From positions 61,876,001-61,940,000 of the forward strand of contig NC_043002.1 of assembly GCF_006345805.1 (NCBI RefSeq): a stretch of 64,000 nucleotides of DNA, written 5' to 3'. Positions 41,530 through 55,652 of the stretch are shown here, one piece after another. Every line of letters begins with the position of its first letter. The stretch's first letter is position 1. Source of the stretch: Octopus sinensis (lineage: Eukaryota). A program made the translations under genes and the position numbers. A model generated the notes under the pieces. It ran no database searches, had not been told where the DNA came from, and worked only from the letters and a program-made list of their open reading frames with translations.

Positions 41530-42287
41530 TATGTATATATATATTTAAATACATATATGTGTGTATGTATATATATATATATATATTTTTACGTACACAC
41601 ACACGCACATATTCATATGGGGAGGTAAATGGGTAATGTTCATAATTCAAGAAAGAGCATAGAATATATGAAATAAAGTTTAATAATTTTGTATACTGAC
41701 TGAATCATTTGAAACTAACACCGCTGCCATTTTATCGCCAGGTCGTAGAATTGCGATTATCAGAAACGTCTGTTGAAAACCTCATCTACTTCTAAGTTTC
41801 CTTTAGGCAGACTATAAGAGAAGAAGCAAATCTAACTTTACATATTATTTTGTGGATAAGAAAAAGTGTGCTCACCCATGGCATTTCCTGACGAGTTATA
41901 TCCCCTTGTGTGCACGCTAGGAATAGTACAGCATCCCTAAACATGTTAGAAACACTAGAAAATAAAAGAGAAACAAAGTGTGATTTAATAGAGTTAGAGA
42001 TAGGGATAGAAATGAATGAGTACAACTCTATGAAGAAATACAGAAGAGGATGTCTAAACATTAATATAAGGGAGTAGCAAGAATAATAGAGTGAATAGCA
42101 GCGTCCATTTAGACAAGGGGCTTTCTAGAGAAGTTCTTTTCTTTACCGTTTGACTAAAAGACAAAGTTATTTTCAGTAGGAATTCGGCTGGAAATGTATA
42201 GCTTCTGTAGCAAAACATCGTAAATTCATTTCCTCGAAGTTGAGTTCTCAATATTCCAACACCAAATTGCACATTACAATATAATAA

Positions 42288-42486
42288 TCCTTTCTACTAT
42301 AGGCACAAGGCCTGAAATTGTGGGGGAGGATAAAAGTCCATTACAACGATACCAGTGTTCCACTGGTACTTAATTTATCGACGCCTGAATGAAGAAAGTC
42401 GACTTTTGAACTTAGAACGTAGAGACGGGCGAAGTACCGCTAAGCATTTCGTCCTTCGTGCTAACAACTCTGCCAGCTCACCGCTT
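42288..42486 (-). mobile_element. SINE family B (more decayed copies near 8500-8690, 16130-16310, 40340-40490, 42530-42700, 43010-43192, 44130-44320)
   Basis: cctttctactataggcacaaggcctgaaatt...ccgctaagcatttcg...ctgccagctcaccgc. Confidence 0.8.
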
Positions 42487-44465
42487 TACATTAAAATATA
42501 AAAATATATATCAGAATTGCTGGGAGAATTGCTAACGCGCCGAGGAAAAAAAGACTTCATAGCATTCCGTCTTTATGTTCTGATTTCAAATTCCGTCAAA
42601 ATTGATTTTCCATTTCGTCATTTCGGTGTCCATGCACAAAATCTAATCGACATACATCTGTCTCGAAATTGCTCTCCTTGTGCCAAAATTTGAAAGCAAT
42701 ATGCTATCATATTATAATAACACTAATGCTGTAGCATATAATGATCGTTTTTAACTTTGGCAATAGAACAGAAACGTTAAGTTGTGGGTTACCCAATTAC
42801 ATCAACAAAAGAGCTTGACTGGTTCATTAATTAATTGACTCATAAAAGATGAAAGATAATGATGACCTCGGCAGAATTTCCCTTCAGAACGTAAAAAGCC
42901 GGCGGAAATTCTTCTCAGAATTTTGTACGGCGTGCAAAAGATTTTGTCAGCTCTCCATGTAATCATATTTTCTAACATTTCTACAAAACGCACAACGCCG
43001 AAGGTTTTTTTATTAGTTTGAGTAGGGAGGGCCAGGGCGATTACAATGACCTCAGTATACAACTGGTATTTATTTCATCGACTCCGAAAGAATGAAGGGC
43101 AAACTTGACCTCAGCGGATTGGAATAAGTATGTGAAGACGGACGATCATAATTAAGTGCGACGCGCTAAACATTTCGCCAGCTCACCACATTTTTTATTA
43201 ATTGATGGTGCTGGTTCATTTGAGTTCACAATTGTTCATGGTTACTAATGTAGTAATATAATGAATTGAATCATTTCCAATTCTTTTGTCGTTTATAACT
43301 TCTCAGTTGTAGAATGATCAAGAAAATCTACACTAATAAAGAGTATCTACAATACAGTAAAATACATTTCATGTTGTTTGCCGTTATGGCGTTTCTGACA
43401 ATAATTGCACTGACATCATAATGAAATTATATAATTATGAAATAATGCATTCCACGTGTTATGCAACGCGTATTATGTATTATTACAGTGACTAATGAAA
43501 CGAAAACAAGTATAAAAAAGAACAGTATGAAGTACAAAGAAATTTTCATGCACGGAGTTAAGTGCCATAAAACTTCGAGAGTAACAATCAGCAGCTGAGT
43601 AACTCGGCATAAGAAAATAATAAAAAAATATCTAGCACAAGGTTGAATTTATATCATGTTCCGATAGGGGAAAGTGAAATTCATCTCCTCAGGGGGAAAA
43701 AAAAATCGAGAATATTTTAAACCTCTCATGCATTTAGTCTCTTCAAGTTAGAGTGGTAAATGGAATTTAGTGTAATCAGTAGAAATGGTATTGAAATTGA
43801 TTTGGTGTAAGATATGGTCGGCGCAAACAAAATTCCTATAATGCAACAAAACAAAAGACTCTTAAACAGAGACTCAGTAAAATTCGATCATGCTACATAT
43901 TAAAATTATAGTTTGCAAATTCTAATGAATAATTATTCTGAATTATTGATTGAATCTCCATTTAAATAATTGGAAATGATATTCAATGACGATATGATTC
44001 ATGGAACAAGGCATGCCATTCCAATTAATGAACGAAATTTTCACATAAATTCATCGAAAATGAGATTTTTTTCCCAATTATTTTAATCTGAGAAAATATA
44101 TATCGATTTTTTTTACATTGTCAGAATGTTGCACATTCTTTGGGAGGGAAAATACGATTAAGACCAACCCAAATACTTGAATGGTACTTAATCTATCGAC
44201 CCCGGAAGGATGACAGGGGAAAATGATCTCCACTGGAGTCGAGGTCAGAATCTAATTGTCTATAAAACAATACTGAAAGTTTGCGCTGTACATCGACTCT
44301 GCCATTTACTAACTTCGAGTCTAGAAGAAAATATAGTTCGGAGGAAAAGTGAGTTTTACGGTAATACTTATGTTCTGTTTTACGGGGAAAATAAGGACCA
44401 AACTTTATGACAGACAAATCCTTTTGATTTATTTACCGCATGAGAATGGATATAAAAACTCTATT

Positions 44466-44625
44466 GGCGCAGGAGTGGGTGTGAAGTAAGAACCTTGCTC
44501 TCAACCACGTGGTTCCGGGTTCAGTCCTACTGCGTGGCACCTTGGGTAAGTGTCTTCTACTATAGCCTCGCGCCGACTAGAACCTTGTGAGTGGTTTTGG
44601 AGGACGGAAACTGAAAGAAGCCCGT

Positions 44626-44662
<37 letters not shown>

Positions 44663-44831
44663 ATGGATGTATGTGTTTGTTATTTGTGCATTTACGACCC
44701 CGTCACTTGGCGGTTCGGCTAAAGTGACAGATAAAATAAGTACTAGCTTACAAAGAAGTCGATTTGTTCGACTAAAGGAGGTGCTCCAGTATGGGCACAG
44801 TCAAATTACTGAAACACGTAAAAGAATAAGA
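44466..44831 (+). mobile_element. SINE family A, full-length
   Basis: ggcgcaggagtgg...ggttccgggttcagtcctactgcgtggcaccttgggtaagtgtcttctactatagcc... through to the tail. Confidence 0.85.
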
Positions 44832-44909
44832 GAATGAAAGATTACTACACTTGTGCCTCGGTTTTCGAACGACACTGATCGCGAATACATTATGCTTTAT
44901 ATATATATA

Positions 44910-45192
44910 AAACCTGCTCATGAAATTAACGTGCAAGTGGCTGAGCATGCACAGACACGTTTGCCCTTAACGTAGTTTTCGGGGACATTCAGCGTGATAC
45001 AGAGTGTGACAAGACTGGCCCTTTGGAATACAGGTACAAAAGAAACAAGAAAAGTGAGAGAAAGAGTACAGCATCGTTCGCCACTAACTCCTGCTGGAGC
45101 CTTGTGGAGGTGTTTTCGCTCATTAAACACGCACAACAAAACCACGATCCTCCCACCGCGCATAGACTGCCCTAACCAATGGGCATCCACAT
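44910..45192 (-). mobile_element. SINE family D
   Basis: Homologous to 50508-50882 (aacgtgcaagtggctgagc...cagcgtga...tacaggtaca...gtgttttcgctca). Confidence 0.8.
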
Positions 45193-45443
45193 ATGTATAT
45201 ATATATATATAACTTATAAACAAGGGCAAAAGAAAATGTCTAATGACAAATATGCCGAAACTAGACACATCGTCCATAACCATATAATTCATCATTATAT
45301 GGTTATGGACGATGTGTCTAGTTTCAGCATATTTGGCATTAGAAATGTTTTCTTTTGCTCTTTTTTATAAATTTAACATTTAAAGGCATTTTTTAATATG
45401 CTGGCCATTGATAAAATTTTTTCGAAAAAATTTCATCCCATAT

Positions 45444-45537
<94 letters not shown>

Positions 45538-46079
45538 GCAGGATTTATTCGTGATCAGAGTTATTCGAAAACCGAGGTTCTTCTGTAAAATTTCTTCCAA
45601 TTTTTACAGGAGAGCAATTTTAAGTAGTCGGTGTGTACGTCGATTACACCGACTCTTATGTTACTTGACTGGTAATTTATTTTAAGCAACAAAAAGACAT
45701 TTGAATTCAGAACGTACAGAACTAGGAGAAAATCCTCTAAGAATTTTATTTGGTTCGCTCTCGATTAAACCAACTCGTCGTTTTATAGTGTTAGTAATAT
45801 CAATCCTAACTTTAGCTCCGGACTAGCGATTTGGGTGCAAATAGGCAGTCGATTACACAGACCCTGCGGCAAGGTTGACCTCGGTGGTGTTTAAAATTAG
45901 AAGATAAAAAGCCAGAAGGAAAGATGGTTGGCCTTCTCGTCCGGTATTCGTAAGTTTCTCCCTGCTCGCCCACTTAGTGTAAGTAGCATAATAAATATGA
46001 AAATATATTATGAACACATCAGGTAATTATCTGATAAATTACCAATATAAAATCTGCAGTTGGTTGGCGACATTTTTTG

Positions 46080-46129
<50 letters not shown>

Positions 46130-46450
46130 CACTCATACATGTACTTACAAAAATATATACATCGATATAGTAATGTTTAAATGTAAGATCCAAGGAGCAA
46201 GGTGTAGGAAGTTAGTAAGCTTCGTGTAGCCTGAAGAATATAAAAAAAAAACTACTTACAAAAACAATAGTGGTTTATTCACATAGCAGATTATAAGTTC
46301 TTCCCGTATCGAAGTTCGATAAGCTGAAAAACAACTTTTATAGCTTACACTTAGCAGCATGGATTACTGTGTATGCGAATAGAAATCCAAAGTTAGGGAA
46401 TATAACCCTAAATTTTGGATATACATACATACATACATATATGTATGTAG

Positions 46451-46557
46451 GTATATCAGCCGAAATGTTCTGTTAACAACAAACAAGATGTGAGCAAATG
46501 TTCGTCAAATGTAAATAACGTAAATAATGTACATAATTCTCCATCTCTTAAGTGTAG

Positions 46558-46560
<3 letters not shown>
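46451..46560 (+). mobile_element. 5'-truncated fragment of the HHR-bearing repeat seen at 61085-61280
   Basis: gtatatcagccgaaatgttctgttaacaac...cgtcaaatgtaa...taatgtacataattc aligns with 61160-61280. The CTGATGA half of the core is missing. Confidence 0.75.
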
Positions 46561-46595
<35 letters not shown>

Positions 46596-47197
46596 GAATT
46601 TTACACAAACTGGTAGTGAAAGTCACTCGTAACTTTGTAGTTGTAAATATATACAATACGGAAAGGGATTATCACTGCTGTAATCAAAATACTTCGGTAT
46701 AAGTGATTGGCTGACGTCAGTATTTTGTTCATCACCATCTGAACACACATTGACATTTAGGTAATCTTGTTATGAGATATGATTTCCGTTGCTTATTAAA
46801 GTCGAAATATGATGAAGAATTCAGAACGTAAATGTACGAAAGCAAATACCATATATACTACCAATCCTTCCTAAAATGTGGTGTTCCGCGTTATACTAAA
46901 TTTCATAGAAGCGGCTAGAACTTCCTTAGAGTTAATAGTAAAATTAAAGAGTATATTATATATTCTGGCTCGAATATTCTTGTATTTCCCAGGGAACCTC
47001 CGGGATTGAATGAGTTGCAAGCGGATGGTTTGTCGAAGTTTGTTGGAACCGAGTCACACTGCTAACAAATCTCTCTCACTTTTCTTCGACTCTTTCTCTC
47101 TCTCTACCTCTCTCTGTATCTCACTGTCTCTGTCTCTCTCTGTTTCTGTCTATGTCTGACTGTGTCTCTCTCTATTTGTCTGTGTGTGTGCCTCTCT

Positions 47198-47325
<128 letters not shown>

Positions 47326-48381
47326 TTCTTTAGTAGACACTTGCGTAATTGTGCGTATAGTAGGAATGAATCCGCATTCACCTGGTTTCGAATCAAATGA
47401 CTTAAGCACACGCATGTGCCTTCGTCTTAGATGCTTTGAGATAATTCTATCACTAGTGTAAGATGTTGGAATATTAACATTCATATAAGGTATATATATT
47501 AATTGTATGCTTAAAATTAATGCCTAGTTAGTACGCTATCTTATTTCGGTAAATATTCTTGTGAAAACAATTTCACCTCTACTGGATACAGTAATAATGT
47601 GTCGTATTTAGCCATACTTTTGATATGTTATCTCATATGAAAATAAAATAAAATAAAAACGAACAAACCATTGACCCAATTCTATTCAAGAAAGCAGGAA
47701 ATTTCATTGTTTAAAAGTATATTTCTGATTTGTGTACGGGGTGTATTTACTTCCGTTAATATATCAGTATGTAACTAAACGCGATATATTTAATAAAACC
47801 TGCGTATTTCATATATTGCTCTTTTATTTTGGTATCACGGCAGGCAATTCTGGATAGTGGTCGTAGCAGAGAAAATAGACGATTGATTAATCCACCCAAG
47901 TACATGACAGGAAAGGAATTTACCTGTGCCAGTGGGACGAAACAGATTTTAATAGAAGGTAATGAAAAAAGAAAGGAATGCAGAGAGAACATGACATTTT
48001 AGAATTACCTAACGCATCGTATTTGAAATATATTAATAAACCAGCGTTATAGGTAAGATTATTAAGGCGGGTTGACAGAGAGCAAATAGGTTTATTTTAT
48101 CAGGATGATAGTAAATACGTGAAAGCGGTATACTTGTCATCTACGGGGAATTTGTTGGATATTGCTTTCGTAGAGTTCATTTTTACTTCGGGATATTTCC
48201 ATGTGATTGCATACAATAAAACAGGAACATAAAATATGTATTACTAAATAAATGGCTTCTCTGTACATACATACACACTCATAAACACACATACATGCAG
48301 GCATGCATGCATATTTACATACATAGATACATAAAGGTAAGTATATTTATGTATACATAAATATGCATATAGATATATATA

Positions 48382-48424
<43 letters not shown>

Positions 48425-48970
48425 TATATATATACGTTCATACATGCATACATACTTACATATATATATATATAATTAAATATATATATGCATATATAAT
48501 TGAATATATATATGCATAGAGACAGAAAGAGAGAGAGAGACAGAGAGAGAGAGAGGGGGAGAAAGCTTGTTAGACATATGTATATATAGATATATACATG
48601 CATCCATGCATGTATGTATGTCGTTTCTGTGCATATGAAGTCATCGAAACATCGTCTTTTAGTGTTACCAAGATAAATCAAAAATATATGAGCCTCATGA
48701 AATATATTGATGGGGTGATATAATTCTTTTGGTACTTGAGTGAATTATTAAATAAATGTGCATGAAATGTACGCAGTCGAATTTAGTATTTCATAGAAAT
48801 TAGTATATATATTCAAATTTCTGTTTGTTTTGGTATGTAGGGATTAGATTAAAATGTCAAATATAATTCTAACCCTTTACGACTGTAACGTGTATCATTT
48901 TTGTAGTTTTACAATAGAAAATTAAGTAGATGAACAATCTCTCATTTTCCAGATGCAAGTCATATATATA

Positions 48971-49016
<46 letters not shown>

Positions 49017-49788
49017 GCAAAGGAAAATAGATATCCTCTCGTCAGCCTTACCACCCAGACTCCTGCGTAGTTATGGCGCGTCTAAAGCCTGAACTCTTCA
49101 AGTGCCATAGCACTAGTCTTCTGATTGCACTAATATAGTGAATATCAATAAGGTCATGGAAAACAAGGATGAAAAATTGATGATTGACAACAAATAAATG
49201 GAAAATTATGCACAGAAACATGCGAAACATAACAATAGGATCGCTGGGAGAGTTTTGTAGATTGACTAGAACATGGTAAGAAGCATGCAAAATCTACAAG
49301 GCTGAGGAGGTTATTCCTTTCAAGAGAGTGGTAAAATAAAAGTAAAACTAACTGGGGAACATATTTAAAGTTATGTTAGGCCCGCTGCTTTGAACGATCA
49401 AAAACCTTAGAACGACCAAGGACTGTAGAACGACCAAAGAGTAGATATTAAAAAAAGTGGGATCGCAAGAGAAATAGTAATGGTGTTTTGCTGGAAATTT
49501 AAGGAACCAATAGTGTGTAGAACGGGGCGTGAAAATATTGGTTACTCAAAGCTAAGAATCATAAGGAGTCCACTGAAATGCTGAAAAATGTGTGTTTCAG
49601 AGGGAGAGAGAGGGGAGGCAGAGGGAGAGGGACAGAGAGACAGAGATAGAGAGAGAGAGAGAGAGAGAATAGAGAGAAAGAGTGTGAGGATGAGAGAAAG
49701 AGAGTGGGAGAGAAAGACAAAGAAAGAAAGAGAGACTAAGAAAAGGAGAGAGAGTGCATGCGTGTGGTTCCCGGTACCGTTATATGTT

Positions 49789-49822
<34 letters not shown>

Positions 49823-50507
49823 AAAGAATAGTAGCGATGGAGGAATGTGTGTGTGGAAGCGTTTTTCCTTTTGTGAAGAGGTACTAAGTTGCGGGCGCAC
49901 GTATTTCCACGGACCGATGTGTGTATCTTACTGCGACAAGCAGTGTAGTAGATAAAACTACGTGCTTTTTTTCTGTATATGTAGAGTTCAAGTGCGCGGA
50001 CATCCGTGTTTTCGCATGTAACTGCTTGTTGGCATGTGTATACGTGAATGTGTGAGTGTAAGTTTGCGATTTCCGCTGTGTGTGTGTGAGAGAGAGAGAG
50101 AGAAAGAGAAAGAAAAGAACTAGAGAGAAAGAAAGAGAGGTTGGATGCCGTTGCGTCTAAATCTGTACAGATAACAATGGTGAAGAAATTAAAGTAGTTG
50201 CTTGGTACAACGAATGTAATATGGAGACAGGGTTAAAAGAGTTTGAGGAATGAGGGAGGAGTGTAGCTCTTTGAAGGAGGGAGAGGGAGGTCGTAACGAT
50301 ACAGTTGTCAGTGTAACAATCAAATAGCTCTGAAGAGGTAGAAAAGTTTCCTGATTCAGGCTATCGAACAAATATATCTACGTAGCTGCACACAATGTTT
50401 ATATTCACTGCATGACCTGTTTGTAGGTTTTGCTTACAGAAAATAATTATTAGGGAATTGAGAACAAGTTCTGTTCATCAGACTACAATCGAGATTGGTG
50501 TGGAAGT

Positions 50508-50882
50508 CGTGCCACTCCGTCGGTTACGACAACGAGGTTTCCAGCTGATCCAATCAACAGAACAGCCTGCTTGTGAATTTAACTTGCAAATTCGCTGAGC
50601 ACTCCACTGACACGTATACCCTTATTGTAGTTCTCAGCAAGGTTCAGCGTGACACAGAGTGTGACATGGCTAGCCCTTTGAAATACAGGTACAACAGAAA
50701 CAGGAAGAAAGAGTGAGAGAAAGTTGTGGTGAAAGAGTACAGCTCGGTTCGCCACCACCCCCTGCCGGAGCCTCCTAAAGGTTTAGGTGTTTTCGCTCAA
50801 TAAACACTCACAACGTCCGGTCTGGGATTTGAAACTGCGAGTCCACTGCCCTAACTTCTGGGCCATTGCGCCTCCACTGTGT
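50508..50882 (-). mobile_element. SINE family D, full-length
   Basis: Minus-strand head gtggaggcgcaatggcccag...gtttcaaatcccagacc with tRNA-like A/B boxes; tail ...tcgtaaccgacggagtggc. Confidence 0.85.
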
Positions 50883-52316
50883 GGAAGTAAGTGAAGTACC
50901 TAAGGGCAGAGAAATCTTTATCATTGCTCACGACTGTGTATCCTTCACGCGACGATGTAATCTAACGTTCAGTCAATAGAAATTATTTCGACATATGTAA
51001 GTCAAATTTTGCAAAGTAAATTATAGTCTCTGTACACTCACTGGAGAAATTTTGTTTCGTGTATAATAAATCATATTAAATATAAGGTAAAATCATAGAG
51101 TTTAACAGAACGTGTATGCGTTTGTATGTATTGCACCTCTTATTGACTGTGTGTGCGCGTGCGGCTAAGAGTCTGTGCGTCTGTTTGTGAAATGACGGCA
51201 TACAGTAACATTTCTTACACGTAATTCCCAGTTAAGTGGAAGCCATATCCTTCCTAAAAGCAATTTCCCGTTTATAGGTGAGATATGTAGTTTGAAATAA
51301 AGAATTCAATTTCGTATTGAAATAGTGTATTATTGTATATATATGAGCTACGGGAAACTAAATTCAAGGGTTAATACTTTTACGATGTTATCCATATTTT
51401 GTTGAAATAAATGTTATTGAATACAAATGAGTAGAAAAAGCATGTAATATTTATTGAATTCATAACAAGTGAAATATTTAAAAGCAAAAAAAATAGCACA
51501 GTTCTTGGGTGTACAGCAAGAAGTATAAGTGCATTAGGTGTACAAATTTTGGGGGCTCTGACGAACTACCCTTTTATCGCTTCTATCATTTCAATGGTTA
51601 CCCCCACTTTGTAATAACTGTGATTTGTTGGTTGACCATGTAGATATGACTATAAGAACTGAAACAATTTAAAATATCCCTATTTAAATGACATGCTCAT
51701 AAATCATATCGACTTACTTATAGCGGATACTCGATTAGAATCTTTCTTGAATTTAGCAGTAACCACAAGACGAAACAGACTAGACTCACAATAACGAGTG
51801 ACATAACAATACATCGTTTATGAATTGGTCAGTTGCACTGTTATATTCCGCAGTTCAAATGTTGAAGTATAGAGAGAGTTTTAGTGACATCAGTAGAACA
51901 CTCTCTTTCTGCTATCACTCTTTCTATAAAAGACTATGAGCCTTGATCGAAGTAATTTCACGTAAAGAAAAACAATAGAAAACAATTCTTGTCCCCACAA
52001 CATACACCCGCAGACGCATATGGTACATAACTCTACAGATCTCAATTTTTCAGCCAGATTCTCTTTATATTATATTTGGCCTTGGCCATAATAAAAAGAA
52101 ATGATGCATCAAATTGCTTTTCTTTGTTATTTGCACAACTATGATTTGCTAAGTGCGTATATAAGAGTGTCTAAACACTACTAACCAGTCTATAATACTT
52201 TGCCAAATAAAAAGGACAGGAATTTCTTTACGATAACTTGACATGCTAGGAATAGCAGTCAGTTTCTCTCAAACCAGTCAAAACAAATACTCTGTGTAAG
52301 GAAACTGTTGCTGGGG

Positions 52317-52548
52317 CATCAAACCGAGATTTTATCGCCTTACTTTGCTTTTCTCCTGAAAGATAAGTAAATAATTTTCTTTTGTCTCACTATGTAGCAA
52401 AGGCATTATCGATAAATAAATTATGACTGTTTCCGATTTCAGCTTACTTTATGGGGAACAAAGATATTTCTGACCTTGGCAGCTTTGAAGTCAGAACTTA
52501 TAAATATCTAACTAAGTGCTTTTACAGATCTCCCTTCAGAAAATATCG
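52317..52548 (+). repeat. Direct repeat, copy 1 of about 230 bp (copy 2 at 54457-54718)
   Basis: catcaaaccg...aataaattatgactgttt...cttactttatggggaacaaaga...ttttacagatctcccttcagaaaatatcg is present twice. Confidence 0.92.
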
Positions 52549-53422
52549 AATATTTGATGATGTAGTCCTACATAATATTGTGATTCTATAAAAGACGAGA
52601 TTAGTAACTTCAACTGTGGCCTGAGCCTTAAGACATTGTATTTAGAAATACTGTATAAAATTTCTCGGAGGTTCATTTATTACTTATTGTATATTGGAAT
52701 GAGAAAATAAATTCTGTTAGTTGAAGAGGCCGGGGAACAGAAGAAACAAGAAGAAAGAAGACATGCACCCAACACCAGAGCTGAAAACACCTCCGAAAGG
52801 TAGGGCCCCGCCACGTCAAAACGTTAGAGAAGTAGGGGCCGAAACCGGACGTGGTTCTTCCTGATGATGTCTTGAGCTATCTGGATCCTATAAAGGAGCT
52901 GTTGTGTTAGCAGACCACGAAACACGGTTGTAATTCCTCCTGTCTTGTATTTGGACTTGTTGATATCGGCATCATATACAGCATTCAACTCATTGATATC
53001 TAAATATTTGTATCTCAATATGTTCAATATGTTCAAACGAAAATACTATTGGCGGAAATCGTATACAAATATTCAAATACCTTGTGTTGAAGTTAACGAT
53101 TTAGAAAAAATATAAAGCAAAACAAGATTTTATTATGTTTATTTTATTCATATTGCAAAATTTTAACCAATAGTTTTGACGACTCTTCACCATTAAAATG
53201 GATTGTCTAAACCCCAAAATTATTAAAATATATGAAAACAAACAATAACAGATAATAAATTCGAATAGTGTCTCATCGTTTGAGTGCCACTGGAATACGT
53301 GATTAGCCATAGGGCCAAAATCGTGAACTTTCTTCCTTAGATAATATACAGTGTACCGCAGAAAATATCAGTGAGTCTCTGATGAGAAGGCAGATCTCTC
53401 GGCATCAATCTAGTGGACGATT

Positions 53423-53475
<53 letters not shown>

Positions 53476-53619
53476 GTGAGAGTGATAGATAAGAAACAAA
53501 GCCTAATCTTTGACTATATTTTTAATTACCTACCCCGAAACCCTGAAAGTAATCAATGCAAATAAACCGCATCTCCATTTGAACCCAAATCGCTACAACA
53601 AATTTCACAAGATTTCCCA

Positions 53620-53985
53620 GGTGCAGGCATGACTAAGACCGTAAGAAGCATGACACCTTGAGAAAACGTGTTCTACTACAGCTTCTTGCCACCCAATGCC
53701 TTGTGAATGAATGTAGTATACGGAAACTGTGTAGAAGCCCATCGTATATATATATATATATATGCGTGTGTTTGTGTGTGTGTCTTTGCCTTTGTATCTG
53801 TATTTGCCTATCACTTGGTAACCATCATTGCTTTGTTCTCCTCCCCGTAACTTAGTGGTTCAGAGAAAGAGAAGCGATAGAATAAATACTAGATTTTAAA
53901 ACAAATTAATAGTGATGTCGATCGATCGATTAAAATATTCCACTGAAGTGCTCCAACATGGCCGCAACTGAAACGAATACTAAAA
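53620..53985 (+). mobile_element. SINE family A, diverged
   Basis: tacggaaactgtgtagaagcccatcgtata...ccccgtaacttagtggttc...gctccaacatggccgca. Confidence 0.7.
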
Positions 53986-55225
53986 CAAATGATAGAAGAT
54001 ATCTAACCAATGCCCTATTGATTCTGAGAGATGGACACATTTAACTTGGTACTACAAAGCAAGAACACTAACCGTCAAAATCAGCATAAATATCCAGAAT
54101 ATTGAATAATTACTCTATGCTACTCTATTATAAATATCTCATTCCCTTCCATCGCTTTAATTTCTGCAATTGCAAAGCTAGCAGCAATAAACTTCTATCA
54201 CCCTATAATTTATTAGTTACAGTTTCAATATGCACGAAATCTCCATATTGTGGTTGTGAGGAGGAGAAATCGAGACATAGAAAGATCTGGGAAGCAAGAC
54301 TTCAAACATATCATTAACCATGAAATTGGAACTTGTGCCGTCCACAACTTCCATAAAAGCATTAGCTGTGAAATGGAAAGTTCTGGAGATTGTGGAATAA
54401 GAAAGATATTCTAGACGAATTCTTTACCAGTTTATATATAAACAGTGTCGTTGTGACATCAAACCGTGATTTTATCGTATTACTTCGCTTTTCTCTTGCA
54501 CGATAAGTAAATATTAATTTTCTTTTGTTTCACAGTGTGGCAAAGGTACTCTCAATAAATAAATTATGACTGTTTCTGATTTCAGCTTACTTTATGGGGA
54601 ACAAAGACATTTCTGACCTTGGCAGGTTTGAAGTCAGAACTTATAAATATCTAACTGAATACTAAAAAGGCATTTTACTGACTCGTTCCTTTTACAGATC
54701 TCCCTTCAGAAAATATCGTATGCATTTCTTTTTAAACTTCCAACCTTTGATATAATATCACTAAAATCCCTCTCTAAGTCAAGCTTATAGAAACAAAATT
54801 GTTTGAAGCAAGCGTTTATATAGGATTCTTTTATTTTACGTAGGTTAAAGGAATAACTATATTTCTTCAATATATTATGTCAACACTATTTTAATCAAAT
54901 AATCGCTAGTACAGCAATTACATAATATCGAAGAACCAGCTAAAGTGTTTGAGGTTGACGTCTTTTTAACTAAATTACATTTCTTCCACTATCAAGCTTC
55001 GGATCTCAAGCGACAAAATCCACATAATCCGCGGAAGGTACGACGGTTCATCTGCATTAGAAACAAATAATGAAATCCCACCTGATTTGATTTAACTACT
55101 TAACAAATAATTTATCCTCTGGGTCGTATGGAGAGATTATTTCAATGAATTAATCTATGTGCTTACTAAATACTCTACTTCAGCATTTATTATACTGATA
55201 GGAGTCACATATAGATTACTTCCTT

Positions 55226-55378
55226 AGAAGTTACGGCGTTAGACACATGATCATAAAATTGTGGTTTCGATTCCAGGACTTAACGACGCATTGTGTTCTT
55301 GAGCAAAACACTTTATTTCACGTTGCTCCAGTTTAGTTAGCTGGCAAGAAAGAGTATTCGTGCGGCAGACCAGTAGGG
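55226..55378 (+). mobile_element. SINE family C, partial
   Basis: ggtttcgattcc...gtgttcttgagcaaaacactttatttcacgttgctccag. Confidence 0.7.
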
Positions 55379-55463
55379 AATATATATGACAGAAAATCCG
55401 GCAAAATTACGAGTGTATATGGCTCGGAGAAGACCTCTATCCTGTTATGAAGATTACTTGACA

Positions 55464-55498
<35 letters not shown>

Positions 55499-55564
55499 TT
55501 CTCTCGTTATACACACACACACACAAATATATATATTATTTAATAAACACAATATTTGTTTTTA

Positions 55565-55652
55565 TGTGTTACTGGTATTTTCTTGTGCTCAGACCATGCT
55601 GAACAGTACTTTTATAAAATGTCTTGTGAATTTGCACAATCATCAGACTCTG
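55565..55652 (-). ncRNA. Hammerhead motif in the 3' pLTR, decayed stem III
   Basis: gagt CTGATGA ttgtgc...gcacaa GAAA atacca GTA acac. Confidence 0.65.

Noticed and set aside
53379-53400. CTGATGA followed by a small hairpin
   Set aside because: There is no GAAA half of the core. Similar isolated CTGATGA hits near 28053, 32052 and 36522 were also rejected.
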